DNA of 32,000 nucleotides from Yersinia enterocolitica subsp. enterocolitica (GTDB lineage Bacteria; Pseudomonadota; Gammaproteobacteria; Enterobacterales; Enterobacteriaceae): NCBI RefSeq assembly GCF_901472495.1, contig NZ_LR590469.1, positions 3,372,993 to 3,404,992 of the forward strand, read 5' to 3'. Shown piece by piece: positions 29,768 to 32,000 of this stretch (position 1 is its first letter; each line of letters starts with the position of its first letter). The notes under the pieces were generated by a model. It saw only the letters and a program-made list of their open reading frames with translations, ran no database searches and was not told where the DNA came from. The position numbers and the translations under genes were made by a program.

Positions 29768-30469
29768 TTATTGCTCCCCGGCTGGGTTCAGTTTTTCGCG
29801 TTTTTCTTTTACTTTATTGAATAATCGCGCACGTTTTATCGGACTATTGTTTAAGTCAGAGTCCACGTAACCCGGTTGTGGTTGTTGTAGTGTGAGTTCG
29901 GCTAATATCGATTCTTTCTCCATATCAAACGAATAAAGCCCCGCTAATGAAAGAAGAGTCGCTGTCAGTGTACCCAGTGCCTTCGCCGGTGATGAGTCCG
30001 TGTAGAGTTCGTTCGCAGTTACCACTATTTTCGCTGCCCGGATGAGTTCGGGTGACAGGGTTTTCATCGCAGCAGACATTTCCAGCCTCGCATACTCCAT
30101 CAACGCTACTTTATGTGTGTCTTTATAGGGTCTTGCAGAAGCACATAATTGTAGTGACGTGTAATCTTTATCCAACTCCAGCTCTTCAATCAGATGCCCG
30201 AACTCTTGTGCCAGCTCCCGCTGTGAAATCCGGCGGATATGTTCGGTTTGAAGCTCATCCGTCATTTCACCGCGCAGACTGCGAAACAATTTGCGCCAAC
30301 TGCCGTCAGCCTGTTGGCTCTGGTTTTCGGCGTCGCGCTGCTTTTGCTGACTGCGGGCAATGGACGCAATAATGTCTTCGTAGGTTGCTTCATTCTTCAG
30401 GTGTTCGGCTTTTGCTGCTTTATAGCTGTTCAGTGCCGGGGTAATCGGATGTTCTGCTGTCTGGCTCAT
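29768..30469 (-). CDS. Sid/Psu-family protein (P4 capsid-size determination / polarity suppression family), tentative
   Basis: 233 aa, helix-rich. It lies immediately upstream of the Ogr/Delta gene, whose ATG is 3 nt after its stop, as with P4 sid-delta. The N-terminal segment resembles my recollection of P4 Sid (PALxxxxxAxAxHLxN...), which is unverified. Confidence 0.45.
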   Translation of the reverse strand: MSQTAEHPITPALNSYKAAKAEHLKNEATYEDIIASIARSQQKQRDAENQSQQADGSWRKLFRSLRGEMTDELQTEHIRRISQRELAQEFGHLIEELELDKDYTSLQLCASARPYKDTHKVALMEYARLEMSAAMKTLSPELIRAAKIVVTANELYTDSSPAKALGTLTATLLSLAGLYSFDMEKESILAELTLQQPQPGYVDSDLNNSPIKRARLFNKVKEKREKLNPAGEQ

Positions 30470-30502
30470 GGTTGTGCTCCGTTCTCATCGGGATGTCGCC
30501 AT

Positions 30503-30558
30503 TGTGCAAATCCACACACAACAGCTCAACCGATGCCCGTTGTCCCAGCGCTGACACA
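30503..30558. promoter_or_regulatory. Two TGT-N12-ACA dyads (candidate Ogr/Delta binding sites) in the divergent intergenic region
   Basis: TGTcccagcgctgacACA at 30541-30558 and TGTgcaaatccacacACA at 30503-30520. Their centres are 38 bp apart. The distal site is about 80 bp from the sid-like ATG and about 75 bp from the divergent 80-aa ORF. Confidence 0.4.
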
Positions 30559-30624
30559 ACAACACGCCGTTGTGCCATTCATCGATTACGACACAATAGC
30601 GACTCTGATTAACAGGAGAACACC

Positions 30625-30867
30625 ATGATTAATGTGACCGTTGGAGAGAAGTTTTTCACACTGGAACGCCATGAAGCACAATTCCTTTCGGACGCGCTAC
30701 TGTCAGCCCTGAGTAACCCCACTGATAAGGCAATACAGGGATTCAGTCAGCGGGCCGGAACCTTGCAGGTGACCACTTCACCAGAAGAAGCAAACTTTAC
30801 GGGAAATAAGCAACATTTCAGCCAACAGGCTCCGGCCATACGCACCCACACCTTGACGGATTGCTAA
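30625..30867 (+). CDS. Hypothetical protein (80 aa), divergent from the sid-like gene
   Basis: Good SD (caggagaacaccATG). No recognisable motif. Confidence 0.4.
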   Translation: MINVTVGEKFFTLERHEAQFLSDALLSALSNPTDKAIQGFSQRAGTLQVTTSPEEANFTGNKQHFSQQAPAIRTHTLTDC

Positions 30868-30932
30868 CTGACCGGCCAGCCAGAAAGAAGCGCTGAACTG
30901 ACCTGAATGAAAAAACGTTGTATCCCTTTTGG

Positions 30933-31135
30933 GGTGTAACAGGTGTAACGGGTGTTACAGTATTGATATGTCTGAATTTTTCTAAAGTCATCAGGTGTAA
31001 CACCCGGTGTAACGTGGTGTAACACCGCTGTTATCGTGCCGGTTTGTTACACCTGTTACACCGACAAAAGAAAAAGGTGTAACAGGCTTTTCTCAATGAA
31101 ATCAGCGTTGTTACACCTGTTACCCTTGTTACACC
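30933..31135. repeat. Iteron field (GGTGTAAC / GTTACACC, about 12 copies in both orientations); candidate satellite replication origin
   Basis: Direct copies at 30933, 30942, 30994, 31006, 31016 and 31076. Inverted copies at 31046, 31055, 31110 and 31128, plus variants at 30951 and 31119. The field lies immediately downstream of the primase/helicase gene. The motif resembles the remembered P4 alpha-binding iteron TGTTCACC. Confidence 0.75.
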
Positions 31136-31160
31136 TTAAAGATAAGACTCACGTAAAGGA

Positions 31161-32000
31161 TTAGCCCACCACCTCGCTGTTAAAGACGTATATCCGTTTG
31201 GGATTCATCTCTGGCAGGCGGACGGTGGTTTGTGTCTTCCCGTCTTTCGATACCAGCAGATACCCCGCCGTGACACACAGTTGCGCGACTTTCTTGGCAT
31301 CAAACCCCTTGCACACCTCTTTCCAGCCCGACGGCAACACATAGAACGTAGTGACGGCCTCACGGGTGTTATTGCCCTTGTCTACCTTACGAAAACCCAC
31401 CATGTTCGAGGGCCGGTTGCGCTCGTCATGCCAGTCCGCAAAGCGGCTGTACTGATTGGCGGTGAAGAAACTGCGTATTTGCTCGAGGGCGGCGGCGTCT
31501 TCCTGATTGGCACTGTGACCGCGTTCCCCTATCCATGCCTGCAAACACACACGGGTGGCCCGCAAGGCTTCCCCCTCCGGCCAGCCGGTCAGGCCGCAAC
31601 GAGTCGCCATCTCGCCCGCCATCGCAATCAGGGCGAAACGGTTAATGGCCCGGCCCACCTGATTCCCGGCCTCTACAGGCATCAGCTCACGGGTGTAGGT
31701 TTTCAGCAGGGCTTTCGCCTGAGTGGTCATGCCGTTCAGGTCTTCGGTCAGCGCCTTGAGCCATGCTCGGAACGGCGTACCGTAGAAACTGGCTGTTGCC
31801 CCCTCAAAATGTTCGGCCAGCTCTTTACCACTGCCAAAGCCGTGTAACGCCTCAAAGACGCCAAACTTGCCTGAGTCACTGGGGATTTGGATCATCCGTA
31901 CTTCCATCCCGGCAAAGGTGCGCTCACCGGCGCGGGCAGCATGTTCGGTCAGTGACAGTTCGCCGGTGGAGAAGAACAACATACGCCACTGTTTGCGGGC
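31161..32000 (-). CDS. P4 alpha-like primase/helicase, C-terminal part (DUF927-type); the gene starts beyond the window
   Basis: The frame is open to the window edge (ARKQWRMLFFSTGELSL...). The sequence resembles the helicase/C-terminal DNA-binding part of satellite and island primase-helicases. It is followed by iterons. Confidence 0.7.
   Translation of the reverse strand, partial: ARKQWRMLFFSTGELSLTEHAARAGERTFAGMEVRMIQIPSDSGKFGVFEALHGFGSGKELAEHFEGATASFYGTPFRAWLKALTEDLNGMTTQAKALLKTYTRELMPVEAGNQVGRAINRFALIAMAGEMATRCGLTGWPEGEALRATRVCLQAWIGERGHSANQEDAAALEQIRSFFTANQYSRFADWHDERNRPSNMVGFRKVDKGNNTREAVTTFYVLPSGWKEVCKGFDAKKVAQLCVTAGYLLVSKDGKTQTTVRLPEMNPKRIYVFNSEVVG

Larger units (their letters stand above)
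26491..32000 (-). mobile_element. P4-like phage satellite (partial; continues past 32000) with an AT-rich cargo cassette at its cos-proximal end; the left boundary is not defined
   Basis: It combines a primase/helicase, an iteron ori, a Sid/Psu-like gene, Ogr/Delta and a cos-like sequence. No integrase or att site is seen in the window. Confidence 0.6.

Noticed and set aside
29142-29870. ORFs 29142-29360 (+, 72 aa) and 29556-29870 (+, 104 aa)
   Set aside because: The first spans a composition boundary and the CATGCA repeats and has no SD. The second is antisense to the clearly identified Ogr/Delta gene.
30052-30628. Plus-strand ORFs of 106 and 129 aa overlapping the sid-like gene and its promoter
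   Set aside because: They are antisense to the better-supported minus-strand gene, which is coupled to Ogr/Delta. They have no SD and low-complexity Cys/Phe-rich products.
31230-31847. 205-aa plus-strand ORF
   Set aside because: It is entirely antisense to the primase/helicase reading frame, which has clear family resemblance. Its Arg/Pro/Gly-rich composition is typical of a shadow frame.

Overview
The window looks like a chromosomal segment from a Yersinia-like member of the Enterobacterales. This is inferred from protein similarity to remembered E. coli orthologues, from gene order and from an ERIC repeat.

The conserved backbone runs yihY'-dtd-yiiD, then yicH-xanP-gltS-recG-trmH-spoT-rpoZ-gmk, then ligB-yicG, a DUF3574-type lipoprotein and nupC.

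Three accessory blocks interrupt or follow this backbone:

1. About 1.95-6.1 kb: an AT-rich insertion. It carries a Ner/Nlp-like regulator followed by five tandem 228-aa LuxR-type solo regulators. Their ends are near-identical and their central sensor regions have diverged.

2. 21.7-24.6 kb: an RpfF/RpfR-type module (DSF-family crotonase plus a PAS-GGDEF-EAL receptor). The receptor gene is split by a +1 frameshift inside a G9 homopolymer.

3. About 26.5-32.0 kb: part of a P4-like phage satellite. It contains a primase/helicase C-terminus, an iteron origin, a Sid/Psu-like gene, an Ogr/Delta zinc-finger activator and a cos-like sequence.

The most interesting locus sits just downstream of the cos-like sequence, at 26538-29124 on the minus strand. 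It is a very AT-rich, terminator-bounded cassette. It encodes a protein with a nucleoside 2-deoxyribosyltransferase-like C-terminal domain, an AvcD/dCTP-deaminase-type kinase-deaminase fusion, and an overlapping 57-codon ORF. The deaminase family is a known anti-phage effector. This three-gene combination is the best candidate here for an undescribed nucleotide-targeting defence system.

No tRNA, rRNA, CRISPR array or integrase was found in the window.
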